The notes below the pieces were generated by a model. The model did no database searches. It had not been told where the DNA came from and was given only the letters and a program-made list of their open reading frames with translations. From the IMG/VR virus record IMGVR_UViG_3300002834_000023: a stretch of 64,000 bases of DNA. One strand, 5' to 3'. The stretch is from an uncultured virus (IMG/VR IMGVR_UViG_3300002834_000023) (taxonomy: Duplodnaviria > Heunggongvirae > Uroviricota > Caudoviricetes). Below, piece by piece: positions 10,255 through 20,770 of this stretch (position 1 is its first letter; each line of letters opens with the position of its first letter). The position numbers were made by a program, and so were the translations under genes.

Positions 10255-10832
10255 CTGGTTCAAATAACATAAATCAATTCAAAAAATTTCAGATAAGATG
10301 GAAAGAAAAATTAGGTGAACCTGATAATCCTTATCTTATTCGATGGACACTTATATTATTTGGGTATTCAATGAGAATACATCACTGGATTAAATCAGAT
10401 GATAATAGATACTATCACGACCATTCCTCTGATTTGTTAAGTATTGTATTAAAAGGGTGTTATTATAATGTTAAACCTAAAATAAAAAATAAACCTCCAA
10501 ATGAAATTGTAAATATTTCAAGAACAGATGGTGTTAAATGTTATGTTTGGAATAATGATGGACCTGATATACCAGGAGAATATAATGAAAAATTCTGTTA
10601 TGTTGAAGGTATTTTCAATTCATGGAAAAACTTATTTAATTTAAAAAAGTCTATATGGTTTTCCAAAGCAACTGACCAACATTATTTAAAAATCCCAAAA
10701 GAAGGGGCATGGACATTATTATTTGAGGGGAGACCATATCATAAATGGGGCTTCTATGTAAAGGAACATAAATGGAGACCACTAAGGTATTTTAATAAAT
10801 TTGGAATTATTCAAACAAAAGATTATCAATAA
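10251..10832 (+). CDS. Cupin-like hypothetical protein
   Basis: IHH...SDD..YHDH...H metal-binding pattern. Confidence 0.55.
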   Translation: MTGSNNINQFKKFQIRWKEKLGEPDNPYLIRWTLILFGYSMRIHHWIKSDDNRYYHDHSSDLLSIVLKGCYYNVKPKIKNKPPNEIVNISRTDGVKCYVWNNDGPDIPGEYNEKFCYVEGIFNSWKNLFNLKKSIWFSKATDQHYLKIPKEGAWTLLFEGRPYHKWGFYVKEHKWRPLRYFNKFGIIQTKDYQ

Positions 10833-10847
10833 AAAAAATATAAACTT

Positions 10848-11699
10848 ATGAAAACGACAGTTGAAACTATCAACAAACAACGAGCGAGAGAAATATTAGA
10901 CAGAACTAAAATCACTGGTTTTAGGAATAGACCATTGAATAAAGGTGTTGTCGAATTTTATGCGAAACAAATGAAAGAGGGAAAATGGAAAGAAAATGGT
11001 GAATGTATTATCATTTCTAAAGACCTTGAACTTATTGATGGGCAATATAGATTACATGCCATAGAAATGGCAGATGTAACATTAAACATTCCAATCACAT
11101 ATGATATTGATAAAGATGTTTTTGACACAATAGATCAAAATAAAGTACGAACTAAGGGTGATACGTTTGCAATTGCTGGTATTAAAAATTATACAAATGT
11201 ATCTGCTATTGTAAACAAATATCTTTATATGAGAACTCACCCAACCCTGTCAACAAGGAATAGAGATAGTATTCACTATAGAAAAAGAAAAGATGAACTT
11301 TTGGATGAATATTATTTGTCAGCACAATTATATCAAGATGTTTATAATTTTTCTGCTGCTTTATATGGTGCATGTTCACTTATGCCAGCAACTGAAATAG
11401 GTTGTCATATAGTATTTTTCATAAAAGATCTTAAATATAAACAAGAAACGGTTTTTGACTTTTTTAACCAAATATTTAGGGGAGAAAATTTTACAAATAA
11501 TACCATCAAATTATTTAGAAACTTATTAATAAAAAATTCTGTAAATAAAAGAAGTGAATTAAGTGATGATGCTATCAAAATTTATCTTTTAAAAACATGG
11601 AACGCTTTTATTCAAGGTAAAGAATTGAAATGTATTAAATATGATCCTGAAAGAGAGTCGTTTCCGTATCCACAAAAAAATGAAGATTTATTTTTATAA
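10848..11699 (+). CDS. ParB/Srx-like N-terminal domain protein
   Basis: NR.L...W...GE.I...LIDGQYRLHAI. Confidence 0.7.
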   Translation: MKTTVETINKQRAREILDRTKITGFRNRPLNKGVVEFYAKQMKEGKWKENGECIIISKDLELIDGQYRLHAIEMADVTLNIPITYDIDKDVFDTIDQNKVRTKGDTFAIAGIKNYTNVSAIVNKYLYMRTHPTLSTRNRDSIHYRKRKDELLDEYYLSAQLYQDVYNFSAALYGACSLMPATEIGCHIVFFIKDLKYKQETVFDFFNQIFRGENFTNNTIKLFRNLLIKNSVNKRSELSDDAIKIYLLKTWNAFIQGKELKCIKYDPERESFPYPQKNEDLFL

Positions 11700-11783
11700 A
11701 ATATAAATTGGGTAATTTTTATTACCTTTGTAACATATTATTAATCAATATCAATAAAATTATTAATCAATTAATTAAAAATT

Positions 11784-12647
11784 ATGGAAAAAGAATTTGC
11801 ATGTAGAATTGAAAACATTGGACCTGAAAGAGCAAAACAACTTTTATATGGATCAATGAAACAAGGTTGGATTAACCGAGATGAAGAAAAAAAACGTATT
11901 AAAATGTATACGGATGAAATGTTAAATGACAAATGGTCATTTACTGGCGAAAGTATTAGTCTTTCACCCACATTTAAACTTCTTAATGGTCATCACCGAT
12001 TAAAAGCGATTGAAATATCGGGAAAAACACTTCCAATGGTTGTTGTTTATAATGTACCAGAAGCCTCTTTTTACGATATAGATCAGGGATATGGAAGAAG
12101 TACAAAAGATAATCTTAAAATTGCTGGTGTTGAAAAATATGAAAAACACTCAAGTTCTTTAAATAAATACACATCATCCTCTAATAGTAAAACATTTATG
12201 AGTGAGACGGATAGTCGAAAACTTAATATTCCAAAAAGAGAATTATGTCACACATATCGAGATAATCAAGTTATTTTTGATTTAGTTCTTGCAAACTCCG
12301 AAAAATTTTATCGTAAATCAAAGTCAATAATGGCTCCAGCTGACATGAGGGGTCAAATGCTTACTCTAATACTTAAATATGGTTACAAAAAAGAAACGGT
12401 ATTTGATTTTTTTGAACAATTAATTACAGGATCTCATTACAGTAATGAAACCATTAGAAATTTTAGAAGAATAATTGAAAATAACAATTCAGTTAGAAAA
12501 CACACTAAATTAAAACCAGAATCAGTTAGAATAATGTTATACAACACATTCTTAGCATATATAAATGGTAAAGTATATAGTGAAAATAAATTAATTAAAA
12601 GTTCAAGTTTACCTATTCAAATGATACATGCTGATTATAGTTTTTAA
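11784..12647 (+). CDS. ParB/Srx-like domain protein, paralog of 10848..11699
   Basis: LLNGHHRLKAI; shared IDQ, IAG and KETVFDFF segments. Confidence 0.7.
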   Translation: MEKEFACRIENIGPERAKQLLYGSMKQGWINRDEEKKRIKMYTDEMLNDKWSFTGESISLSPTFKLLNGHHRLKAIEISGKTLPMVVVYNVPEASFYDIDQGYGRSTKDNLKIAGVEKYEKHSSSLNKYTSSSNSKTFMSETDSRKLNIPKRELCHTYRDNQVIFDLVLANSEKFYRKSKSIMAPADMRGQMLTLILKYGYKKETVFDFFEQLITGSHYSNETIRNFRRIIENNNSVRKHTKLKPESVRIMLYNTFLAYINGKVYSENKLIKSSSLPIQMIHADYSF

Positions 12648-12657
12648 TATTTAACTA

Positions 12658-13428
12658 ATGGAGTTATCCACTAAATATCCAAGAACATATCATTTACCAT
12701 TTTCGACAGGATTGAGTAACGATGATAGGAAAGTTGATGATGATTGGAAACAATACATCATCAACCAACCTATTGTTATTACAGAAAAATTAGATGGAAG
12801 TAATTCCTGTATCACAAGAGATGGGGTATATGCTCGTTCTCATGCCACATTTACTGAAAACCTATGGGATAGAAACCTTACTGAAAAAGGTGGCTTATAT
12901 GATAAAATAAAACACTCAATCGCTAAACATGAATGTATATATGGGGAAAATTTATATGGTATTCATTCTATTGAATATAATAAATTACCTGATTATTTTT
13001 TCATGTTTTCTGCCAGATATAATGATAATTTTTATTCATGGGAAGATACAAAATACTTATGCGAACTATTAGATATTTCATTAGTACCAGTTCTATATGA
13101 GGGAAAAGTGACTTCATGTGAACAATTAGAAACAGTTATTACTGAATTAATGGAACATGGTTCAGAATATGGCGATACCATTGAAGGTGTTGTTGTTAGA
13201 AATGTTAATAAATTTCATGTTAATGATTTTTCAAAGTATGTTTGTAAATATGTGAGAGAAAATCACGTTCAAACTGATGCTCACTGGCGAAAAAACTGGA
13301 AAAGAGCAAAACTTGTTTATGAATATGAAAATGATGAAGAAGATTTGAGATGGAAAAATTATCAAAATGAAATTACAGAACATGGAAGATATTCTGTGCC
13401 ATATTTAGGTAATACAACTTATTATTAG
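12658..13428 (+). CDS. RNA ligase family protein
   Basis: KYPRTYHLP, TEKLDGSN (motif I), YGENL, EGVVVR, KYVRE. Confidence 0.85.
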   Translation: MELSTKYPRTYHLPFSTGLSNDDRKVDDDWKQYIINQPIVITEKLDGSNSCITRDGVYARSHATFTENLWDRNLTEKGGLYDKIKHSIAKHECIYGENLYGIHSIEYNKLPDYFFMFSARYNDNFYSWEDTKYLCELLDISLVPVLYEGKVTSCEQLETVITELMEHGSEYGDTIEGVVVRNVNKFHVNDFSKYVCKYVRENHVQTDAHWRKNWKRAKLVYEYENDEEDLRWKNYQNEITEHGRYSVPYLGNTTYY

Positions 13429-13431
13429 ATT

Positions 13432-13863
13432 ATGATAAACTGTTTATTCTTAACATTAACACTGTTATTTTTAGCACATCTGATTGCTGATTTTACACCA
13501 CTTATTCCATTCAAGAAACAAATACTTGATGCAAAAATTAATGGGGGTAAAGATAAATGGATATATGTACATGGGCTAACAGTTGCTTCTTATAAAGTCA
13601 TTGCTATAATCATATCCAATATGATATTACTATTAAGTCAGTTTAAACCATTTTTATTTAAACCATGGTTTGTAATTATGTTAGTTATATTTTTTATAAT
13701 TGAATCATCAACACATTTTATTATTGATGTATGTAAAACTGATTTTAATTTAAAATATAATCTTAAATGTGATACAAATGAAACTTATTGGATAGCAGTT
13801 GGAATTGATCAGTTTTTACATGCAATTGTAATGTTCGGAATTTGTTATTGCTTATATGGATAA
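13432..13863 (+). CDS. DUF3307-like membrane protein
   Basis: AHLIADF, HG, HFIID, DQFLH with TM helices. Confidence 0.7.
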   Translation: MINCLFLTLTLLFLAHLIADFTPLIPFKKQILDAKINGGKDKWIYVHGLTVASYKVIAIIISNMILLLSQFKPFLFKPWFVIMLVIFFIIESSTHFIIDVCKTDFNLKYNLKCDTNETYWIAVGIDQFLHAIVMFGICYCLYG

Positions 13864-14203
13864 AATTATGAAAATTAAAAATCATTTAAGATCAAATCTA
13901 ATAAATTATCCAATGTTTCTAATTGGATTATGTATTGGGTTGTTTATCTTTATTGTACCCAATGTATACATAAATTATTATGAAGCATCATACAACATTA
14001 AATATGTATTGTTTTACTCTATCGGAATGATTGTTATATCAGTTGCTGATATTGGAATATCATTACCTGATCCAACCAAAACAGAATATGATATTGAGGA
14101 AATTTATGAGTTCAGAAAAAAGATAGAACATAATGAATTAAAAACAATTAAATATATTGGATATATTATGTGTATCATTTCCATATTACTAATCATATGC
14201 TAA
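13856..14203 (+). CDS. Membrane protein
   Basis: Three hydrophobic segments. Confidence 0.65.
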   Translation: MDKIMKIKNHLRSNLINYPMFLIGLCIGLFIFIVPNVYINYYEASYNIKYVLFYSIGMIVISVADIGISLPDPTKTEYDIEEIYEFRKKIEHNELKTIKYIGYIMCIISILLIIC

Positions 14204-14931
14204 AAACAAATCAAATATATTTAGGAAATTGTTTAGAATTAATGCAACAACTTGATGAAAAATCAATTGATTGCATAATTTGTGATCCACCATATGGAAG
14301 CCATACAATTGAATGGGATAAACCATTACCATTTGATAAACTGTGGGAACAATATGAAAGAATAATTAAACCAAATGGAAATATATTGATATTTGCTTTT
14401 AATATGTTTGCTCATAAATTGGCATTATCCAATGAGAAATTATACCGATATGATCTTATATGGAAAAAATCAAAATGTGGATCCCCACTTACAGCCAAAT
14501 ACATGCCAATGAAAAAACATGAATATATTTTAGTATTCGGAAAAAGTGCTGCAAAATATAACCCACAAATGACAGAGGGTGAACCATACAAAAGAAAATG
14601 GACACCAAATAAAGTTAATAATATGCAATATGGTATTGAAGGTGTTGTTACAAATAATAAAGGAACAAGACACCCAACAACCATACTCGACTTCCAACAA
14701 AAATGGAGACGACAAGACCAACTTCACCCAACACAAAAACCAATTGAATTATTGGAATGGCTTATAAAAACATATTCAAATGAACATGATATTGTATTAG
14801 ATAATTGTATGGGGTCTGGTACAACAATTGTGGCAGCCATCAATACCAATAGACAATACATAGGAATGGATACAGATGAAAATTATTTTAATATAACACA
14901 AAATAGAATTGAGAATTTAATATCAAAATAG
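14197..14931 (+). CDS. N4-C/N6-A DNA methyltransferase (beta class)
   Basis: DPPY precedes HPTQKP and LDNCMGSGTT; ATG 14197 chosen as start. Confidence 0.9.
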   Translation: MLKTNQIYLGNCLELMQQLDEKSIDCIICDPPYGSHTIEWDKPLPFDKLWEQYERIIKPNGNILIFAFNMFAHKLALSNEKLYRYDLIWKKSKCGSPLTAKYMPMKKHEYILVFGKSAAKYNPQMTEGEPYKRKWTPNKVNNMQYGIEGVVTNNKGTRHPTTILDFQQKWRRQDQLHPTQKPIELLEWLIKTYSNEHDIVLDNCMGSGTTIVAAINTNRQYIGMDTDENYFNITQNRIENLISK

Positions 14932-14970
14932 TATTTTTATGTAAAATAAAAGGAATAATAAAAATATGTT

Positions 14971-15759
14971 TTGATACTTAAAAACTTAAATCACTATGAT
15001 GTGTTAATTAAAAAATTTAACACATTTGACAATAAAAAAATCTATAAAAATTATTTTTCACCCCGACACATTATCGGAAATTGTTGTTTTCTCTATGATC
15101 AAATTAAACCAAAAACCCCACAACATTTTTTAGATGAATATTTGAACTTAGCAAATACAAGACTATATCATGATCCAGAATATATTAAAAGATATGGAAG
15201 AACTGAATTAGAACTCATAGAGCTTGCAAAAGAATATCGAGAAAGAATCTTACAAAATTATCCGACAGAAAATATTACAGAAGAAGATTGTTTAGATGCG
15301 CTCATCAAACATATAATTATTGAAACATTTGATGGGAAAAGAGTAGAACAATCACTTTCTGATTATTTGCAATATAAAGGTATGAAAATGTATCAACTCG
15401 ATTTTGATGATGACTCAATCTATGGAATAGATATGATGGGTTCAGTCAATGGATATGATACAGTTATTCAATTAAAACCTCATACAACATTTCTTGGAAA
15501 TGCCAATCAATCTCTTATAAATGATAGATTGAATTTTATTCAAAAGGAAATCAAAACAAAACAAAAATATCCATCAGTAGCATATTATAGATATATTTTG
15601 TATTATAAAGAGAAAAATGGAAATGTTCAGTGGTTATCTAAAAAAACCGAAACAGGGTATAAATTTCTTTTTAATATAGATGAATTGATTAATATTAAAA
15701 CTGGGGAAAATTTATTAACCATCAATGATTTTAAAAAATCAATTAATTTATTTTTTTAA
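14971..15759 (+). CDS. Putative PD-(D/E)xK restriction-type endonuclease
   Basis: ETFDG..E...D..YGID...IQLKP; between two methyltransferases. Confidence 0.5.
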   Translation: MILKNLNHYDVLIKKFNTFDNKKIYKNYFSPRHIIGNCCFLYDQIKPKTPQHFLDEYLNLANTRLYHDPEYIKRYGRTELELIELAKEYRERILQNYPTENITEEDCLDALIKHIIIETFDGKRVEQSLSDYLQYKGMKMYQLDFDDDSIYGIDMMGSVNGYDTVIQLKPHTTFLGNANQSLINDRLNFIQKEIKTKQKYPSVAYYRYILYYKEKNGNVQWLSKKTETGYKFLFNIDELINIKTGENLLTINDFKKSINLFF

Positions 15760-15826
15760 CATCCAGAATATATAAAGTCAATAATATTTTTCTATCTTTG
15801 TAAAAAATAATTAAATTAAAATTTAT

Positions 15827-16558
15827 ATGAGATATTTAGGTGCTAAACGAGGAAAACTCCTCAAAGAAATTTTATCAATAATAGATGAAAATATCAAAAC
15901 AGACCAATATTATGTTGAACCATTTGTTGGTGGGTGTAATGTTATGTCTTATGTTAATCACCCATATAAAATAGCATCAGATATAGATGATGATATTATC
16001 GAAATGTGGAAAGTCTTTCAAAAAGGCGTACTACTTCCGCCAGATAACATCACAAAAGAAATGTATGATGATATGAAGGAAAATCCAACTCACTATCCAC
16101 AATATAAAATTGGGTATGTTAAATATGCTTGTTCATTTGGAAGTGGACTTTGGAATGGTTATGCTGCATATAACCCAAACAAAAATAATGGAAAAGGTGA
16201 GGATCATATTCAAGAAGCATATAACGGAACAATAAAACAACTAAAAAGTTTTAAACATTTTGAAAAAACAGTATTTTTAAATTGTCATTATACCAAATTA
16301 GTCTATCCCCCAAATTCATTCATATATCTAGATCCGCCTTATCAAGGAACTAAAAAATATAGAAATAATTTTGATAGTGATGAATTTTGGAGATGGTGTA
16401 GAATGATGAAAAAAATGGGACATACATTGTTAATATCTGAATATAATGCACCAGATGATTTTGAATGTATTTACAACTGTGATAAAAAAGATGGGATGCC
16501 AAATATGGAACATGGCACAAAACAAAAAATTAAAATAGAAAAATTATTTACAATATAA
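15827..16558 (+). CDS. Dam-like DNA adenine methyltransferase
   Basis: MRYLGAK, EPFVGG, YLDPPY, LLISEY. Confidence 0.88.
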   Translation: MRYLGAKRGKLLKEILSIIDENIKTDQYYVEPFVGGCNVMSYVNHPYKIASDIDDDIIEMWKVFQKGVLLPPDNITKEMYDDMKENPTHYPQYKIGYVKYACSFGSGLWNGYAAYNPNKNNGKGEDHIQEAYNGTIKQLKSFKHFEKTVFLNCHYTKLVYPPNSFIYLDPPYQGTKKYRNNFDSDEFWRWCRMMKKMGHTLLISEYNAPDDFECIYNCDKKDGMPNMEHGTKQKIKIEKLFTI

Positions 16559-16562
16559 TGTT

Positions 16563-16856
16563 ATGGGAATTATTATTGAATTAGAAAATAATGGGGAAAT
16601 TATAATTTATCCAGATAGTTACATGGAATATGCTTCTATGTTTTATATACATGATAAGGATGATAAACTGATTTGTTTATTACTGCCCAATATACCTGAT
16701 AGTAAAGAATATCACGTTCCTTTTATTGAAACAAAGGAATTTTTAACATTCAAAAGCCTTTTACAAATTATTTTAGATAAAAAACTTTCACAATTAAAAG
16801 AAGGAAAAATAAAAATTATTGGTAAATATGATGATAACATCCCAATTATTAAATAA
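16563..16856 (+). CDS. Hypothetical protein
   Basis: 97-aa ORF. Confidence 0.6.
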   Translation: MGIIIELENNGEIIIYPDSYMEYASMFYIHDKDDKLICLLLPNIPDSKEYHVPFIETKEFLTFKSLLQIILDKKLSQLKEGKIKIIGKYDDNIPIIK

Positions 16857-16858
16857 AA

Positions 16859-17299
16859 ATGAATAAAGATTTGCAAAATAAACTATTGGAACATTTCAAA
16901 TCATCCGAAATTGTATATGCAAATGGTGTTCAAAATATGAATGAACACTGGGATATACAACTTAATCAAAGATTTGATATGAGAAAACTTAAAAAAGTTA
17001 GACGTGGAGATTCGGAAGTTAATGAAAATTTTCATTATGTTGAATTAAAAAATGTTCAAGGAAAAAATGGTTGGTTGTATGGTAAAACAAATTTTTTTGC
17101 ATTTGAAACTTATGACTACTGGATAATCATAGAAAAAGAAAAACTGCAAGATTTTATCAAAAATAAATGTAAAGATAAAATTAGATGTGAAACTCCAACA
17201 TTATATCAATTATATACTCGAAAAAATAGAATGGATATAATTGTGCTTGTTAAAACAATTGACCTTATGGCAATTGCCAAAACTGTAATAAATAAATGA
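16859..17299 (+). CDS. Phage nuclease-like protein (PD-(D/E)xK-like)
   Basis: EHWD...VELKNVQGKNGWLYG...AFE pattern recalled from phage proteins. Confidence 0.5.
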   Translation: MNKDLQNKLLEHFKSSEIVYANGVQNMNEHWDIQLNQRFDMRKLKKVRRGDSEVNENFHYVELKNVQGKNGWLYGKTNFFAFETYDYWIIIEKEKLQDFIKNKCKDKIRCETPTLYQLYTRKNRMDIIVLVKTIDLMAIAKTVINK

Positions 17300-17331
17300 C
17301 TATTATTTAGTCAACAACATAAAATAAAGTT

Positions 17332-17760
17332 ATGCAAATACCCTGTGTAAATTTAAAATTATATTATTTAGATTCTGATGTTCCAAAATCAAAGAATAGA
17401 ATACTAATTGGTTCAGCAGAAACATGTAATTTGGTAATAAAGGTTATTGAAAGATGGAAAACTAACTGGTGGATTCAAACAGATAAACTTATTTTATATG
17501 AACAACCATCATTTGATTTTATTACAACAATTCAACGGCAAAAAAAAATACAGCTTGAATTTGTTAATAAATTCAAACTATATAAGTGTGAGACTTTTAT
17601 TACCAATATGATGCAAGAGAAGGAACAACTTAAATTTTATAACATAACAATGGGTGGGATTGATAATATTGAATATGAGGTTTTAGCATCAAGTGAATGT
17701 CAACAACCAAATCCATTATTTACAACAATGGATCAACTCGGATTTTTTTCCCCAAAATAA
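17332..17760 (+). CDS. Hypothetical protein
   Basis: 142-aa ORF. Confidence 0.65.
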   Translation: MQIPCVNLKLYYLDSDVPKSKNRILIGSAETCNLVIKVIERWKTNWWIQTDKLILYEQPSFDFITTIQRQKKIQLEFVNKFKLYKCETFITNMMQEKEQLKFYNITMGGIDNIEYEVLASSECQQPNPLFTTMDQLGFFSPK

Positions 17761-17768
17761 ATAAAATT

Positions 17769-18239
17769 ATGGTAACTTCAATTGATATTAACAAAATAAA
17801 TGGAGTAAGAACATATGCTGAAATTATATATCGGAAAAATGTTCTTGAAATGGCATTGGAAAATATAGATGAAATTATTCAAAATTGTATCAATGATCAA
17901 CCACATAGAATTGAACTTCGTTCCCACTTAATTGAAACTTCGGAAACAACTGGGTTGTGCGATTTAATAAGAGATACACTCGAAGACATCTATAATGTGG
18001 AAAATAAAAAACAACCTGATTATGTGAATTTAGAATTAGATAAAAATAATATTCTAGAAGATATACAGGAAATAAATAATATCACTTTTAATGATGATGA
18101 ATATTATTCTCCATTTTGTGAAATGTTATGGTCAGACGTTCAATCAATTGATGAACTGAAACTATGGTATGAAAAAAGAATTGAATGTTTAAAAAATACA
18201 ATGGAACATTATGATAGAGAAATTGCTAATGAAATGTAA
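17769..18239 (+). CDS. Hypothetical protein
   Basis: Non-overlapping ATG at 17769. Confidence 0.65.
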   Translation: MVTSIDINKINGVRTYAEIIYRKNVLEMALENIDEIIQNCINDQPHRIELRSHLIETSETTGLCDLIRDTLEDIYNVENKKQPDYVNLELDKNNILEDIQEINNITFNDDEYYSPFCEMLWSDVQSIDELKLWYEKRIECLKNTMEHYDREIANEM

Positions 18240-18516
18240 ATCAAAGTTTGAAATAGTTGATTTAAACGCTGATGATACCAATAAACCGTATATCTATATC
18301 GAAGATAGATGTGATGGAACACAAAAAAGCGTTACCAATGATGCAGAAAATGTTTGTAAATATCTCTATAATTTTCTCAAAGTTGATGAAAGATTACAAG
18401 ATGATATTAGAATAATTTATAAAGATACTGATGGACAAATTGATGAACTCCTACATGACAAAGGAATATTTAAAGGGTTTAAACCTGGTCATGTTGGAAT
18501 TGAACTTGATTTTTAA
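18211..18516 (+). CDS. Hypothetical protein
   Basis: SVTNDAE...IYKDTDGQID. Confidence 0.65.
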   Translation: MIEKLLMKCKSKFEIVDLNADDTNKPYIYIEDRCDGTQKSVTNDAENVCKYLYNFLKVDERLQDDIRIIYKDTDGQIDELLHDKGIFKGFKPGHVGIELDF

Positions 18517-18679
18517 TTAAAAAAAAACTTATATTATGACAAAAATTAAAGAAAATTTTAAACTGATTAGCCCACTTTTAAAAAGTGCAACCATACCATT
18601 ATGGGTTTTGACAACAGGTTTAACACTATTTGTAATAGGTATTATATTAGGTCGTTAATTTAAAAATAAAAAGGTTATA

Positions 18680-19576
18680 ATGTTAGATATTATTCTAAAA
18701 GCAACTCACTTTAACCAAATATGTAAAAGTGATGACGATTATAAAAAATTAGCAAAACTATTACATCCAGACAGATGTAAAGATAGTATGGCAAATGATG
18801 CTCTCGTTCATCTAAATAGTCTTCGTGATGAGGCAGAAAAAGGTCTTAAATTCAACGATGAATCGGGTGAATATGTTACCACAGGATTTACACATACATG
18901 GTCAGGAAACGTAAATAAAGACCTATTAACAGCATCATATAATGGGTACAATACACTTGTTAAAGAAATGAAAAAAGTGTATAGCGGAGAACGTCTTGAC
19001 CATTTTATGAGATACATACCGCATAACTACTCATTGACAAATGATAAACTATCATTTACAACCGCATTGAGATGTATCCCATTATCACATATGATTAAAA
19101 AAATAAGTTATGATCCATTAAAGTATAAACATTATAACTGGGTTTATTCTCGCATGATAGAATTTTGTGTAATGCTTGAAAGTGTTGGAATAGGACATAA
19201 TGGTATATCACCCGAAAGTGTGTTTATCATTCCCGAAACACATGGAATAACAGTCAGTACATTCTTTCATTCAAAACCATTTAACCAAAATCTAAAAACA
19301 TTGAATGGAAGAAATAGAAGCTGGTATCCAGATAAAGTTTTTACAAATAAAATATCCGAACCTGGCATAGATATAACACTTGCCAAAAAACTTACCATAT
19401 CTAATTTGGGAGATAATTCAGGTAGTGGGGTTGTTCTAAGACTTAATAAAGAAATCAATCCAAATGTATTAACATATTTTATGAGATCGGATAATAATGC
19501 TTTAAATAGCATGAAAGAATGGAGAGAAATATTACATAACAATTATAAAAGTGAATTTTTACCATTAAATATTTAA
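18680..19576 (+). CDS. J-domain plus degenerate kinase-like protein
   Basis: YKKLAKLLHPD J-domain motif; GIGHNGISPESVFI resembles kinase subdomain VIb. Confidence 0.6.
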   Translation: MLDIILKATHFNQICKSDDDYKKLAKLLHPDRCKDSMANDALVHLNSLRDEAEKGLKFNDESGEYVTTGFTHTWSGNVNKDLLTASYNGYNTLVKEMKKVYSGERLDHFMRYIPHNYSLTNDKLSFTTALRCIPLSHMIKKISYDPLKYKHYNWVYSRMIEFCVMLESVGIGHNGISPESVFIIPETHGITVSTFFHSKPFNQNLKTLNGRNRSWYPDKVFTNKISEPGIDITLAKKLTISNLGDNSGSGVVLRLNKEINPNVLTYFMRSDNNALNSMKEWREILHNNYKSEFLPLNI

Positions 19577-19581
19577 TAATT

Positions 19582-20523
19582 ATGAGTTATTCAGGAAAGG
19601 GTGGCTATTCAAGTGCCACATTAAATTATGTATCACAACAACGTAGCTATGCTACAAAAAGTGCTGACCAAACATTTAGTCATAGTTTACAGGATACTAT
19701 GAATCCTGCCAAGTTTAAAAACAATATTAGGGAATGTAGGGATAGTGAAGACCATCCATATTCAGTTCCAATATGTGTTTTTTTAGATGTAACTGGAAGT
19801 ATGGGTTCAATACCTCATACCCTAATTAAAGAAAAATTTCCAATCTTAATGGAAACTTTAATTAATAATAATGTACCACATGCCCAAATATGTTTTGGGG
19901 CAATAGGTGATCATTTCTGTGATAAAGTACCTTTACAAATGGGACAATTTGAAGCTGAAACTGTTAAATTAGTTGATATGCTTGAAAGCGTGTTTATTGA
20001 AAAAGGCGGTGGCGCAAATGATGGCGAATCGTATGGATTGGCATGGTATGTTGCAGCCAATCATACAAGTCTTGATTGCTTTGAAAAACGTGGAACAAAA
20101 GGATTTTTATTTACAATTGGTGATGAAAATATCCATAGCAAATATAGTGGCGATGCACTTAAAGATATTATGGGGTTGTCAGAATCTCCTGGTGATTTGA
20201 CCAAAGAACAATTGTATGAAATGGTATCCACCAAATATCACACATTTCATATACATGTCGAAGATGGAAGTTATGAAACATCACATATTGAAAAATCATG
20301 GAAACCAATTTTGAAAGAAGCTTTCCTTTCACTAAAAGATTCTAATAATGTTGCTGAACTTATTGCAACCACCGTATCTGTTATCAATGGTGCTGATATG
20401 GAAAAGGTATTAGCAAGTTTCAATAGTAATGCAGCTGGTGATGTAACACAAGCACTTGCACTATTTCAAGATATGAAACCTGCGAATATTCATAGTACAG
20501 GCGATATAATTCAATTTAATTAA
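19582..20523 (+). CDS. vWA-domain protein
   Basis: FLDVTGSMG MIDAS-like motif, GGG...ESY, FTIGDE. Confidence 0.8.
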   Translation: MSYSGKGGYSSATLNYVSQQRSYATKSADQTFSHSLQDTMNPAKFKNNIRECRDSEDHPYSVPICVFLDVTGSMGSIPHTLIKEKFPILMETLINNNVPHAQICFGAIGDHFCDKVPLQMGQFEAETVKLVDMLESVFIEKGGGANDGESYGLAWYVAANHTSLDCFEKRGTKGFLFTIGDENIHSKYSGDALKDIMGLSESPGDLTKEQLYEMVSTKYHTFHIHVEDGSYETSHIEKSWKPILKEAFLSLKDSNNVAELIATTVSVINGADMEKVLASFNSNAAGDVTQALALFQDMKPANIHSTGDIIQFN

Positions 20524-20537
20524 ACTTAAAAAAAACT

Positions 20538-20768
20538 ATGGAAATTAAAGTTAATAGTAAGTTTAAATTCGGTGATGAATTATATTATATAAAAAATAAA
20601 AGAATTAGTTCCTTTATTGTGTATTTCATCCAATTAGAAATAGATAGTTATAACATTTGTGTTATTCATTATTCACCAAACAAATGGGAAGGTAAATATG
20701 ATTGGCATAGCGAAGATGAAGTATTTGGAAGTAAAGATGATTTAATTCAAAACCTTTTAAAATATTAA
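20538..20768 (+). CDS. Hypothetical protein
   Basis: 76-aa ORF. Confidence 0.65.
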   Translation: MEIKVNSKFKFGDELYYIKNKRISSFIVYFIQLEIDSYNICVIHYSPNKWEGKYDWHSEDEVFGSKDDLIQNLLKY

Positions 20769-20770
20769 CT

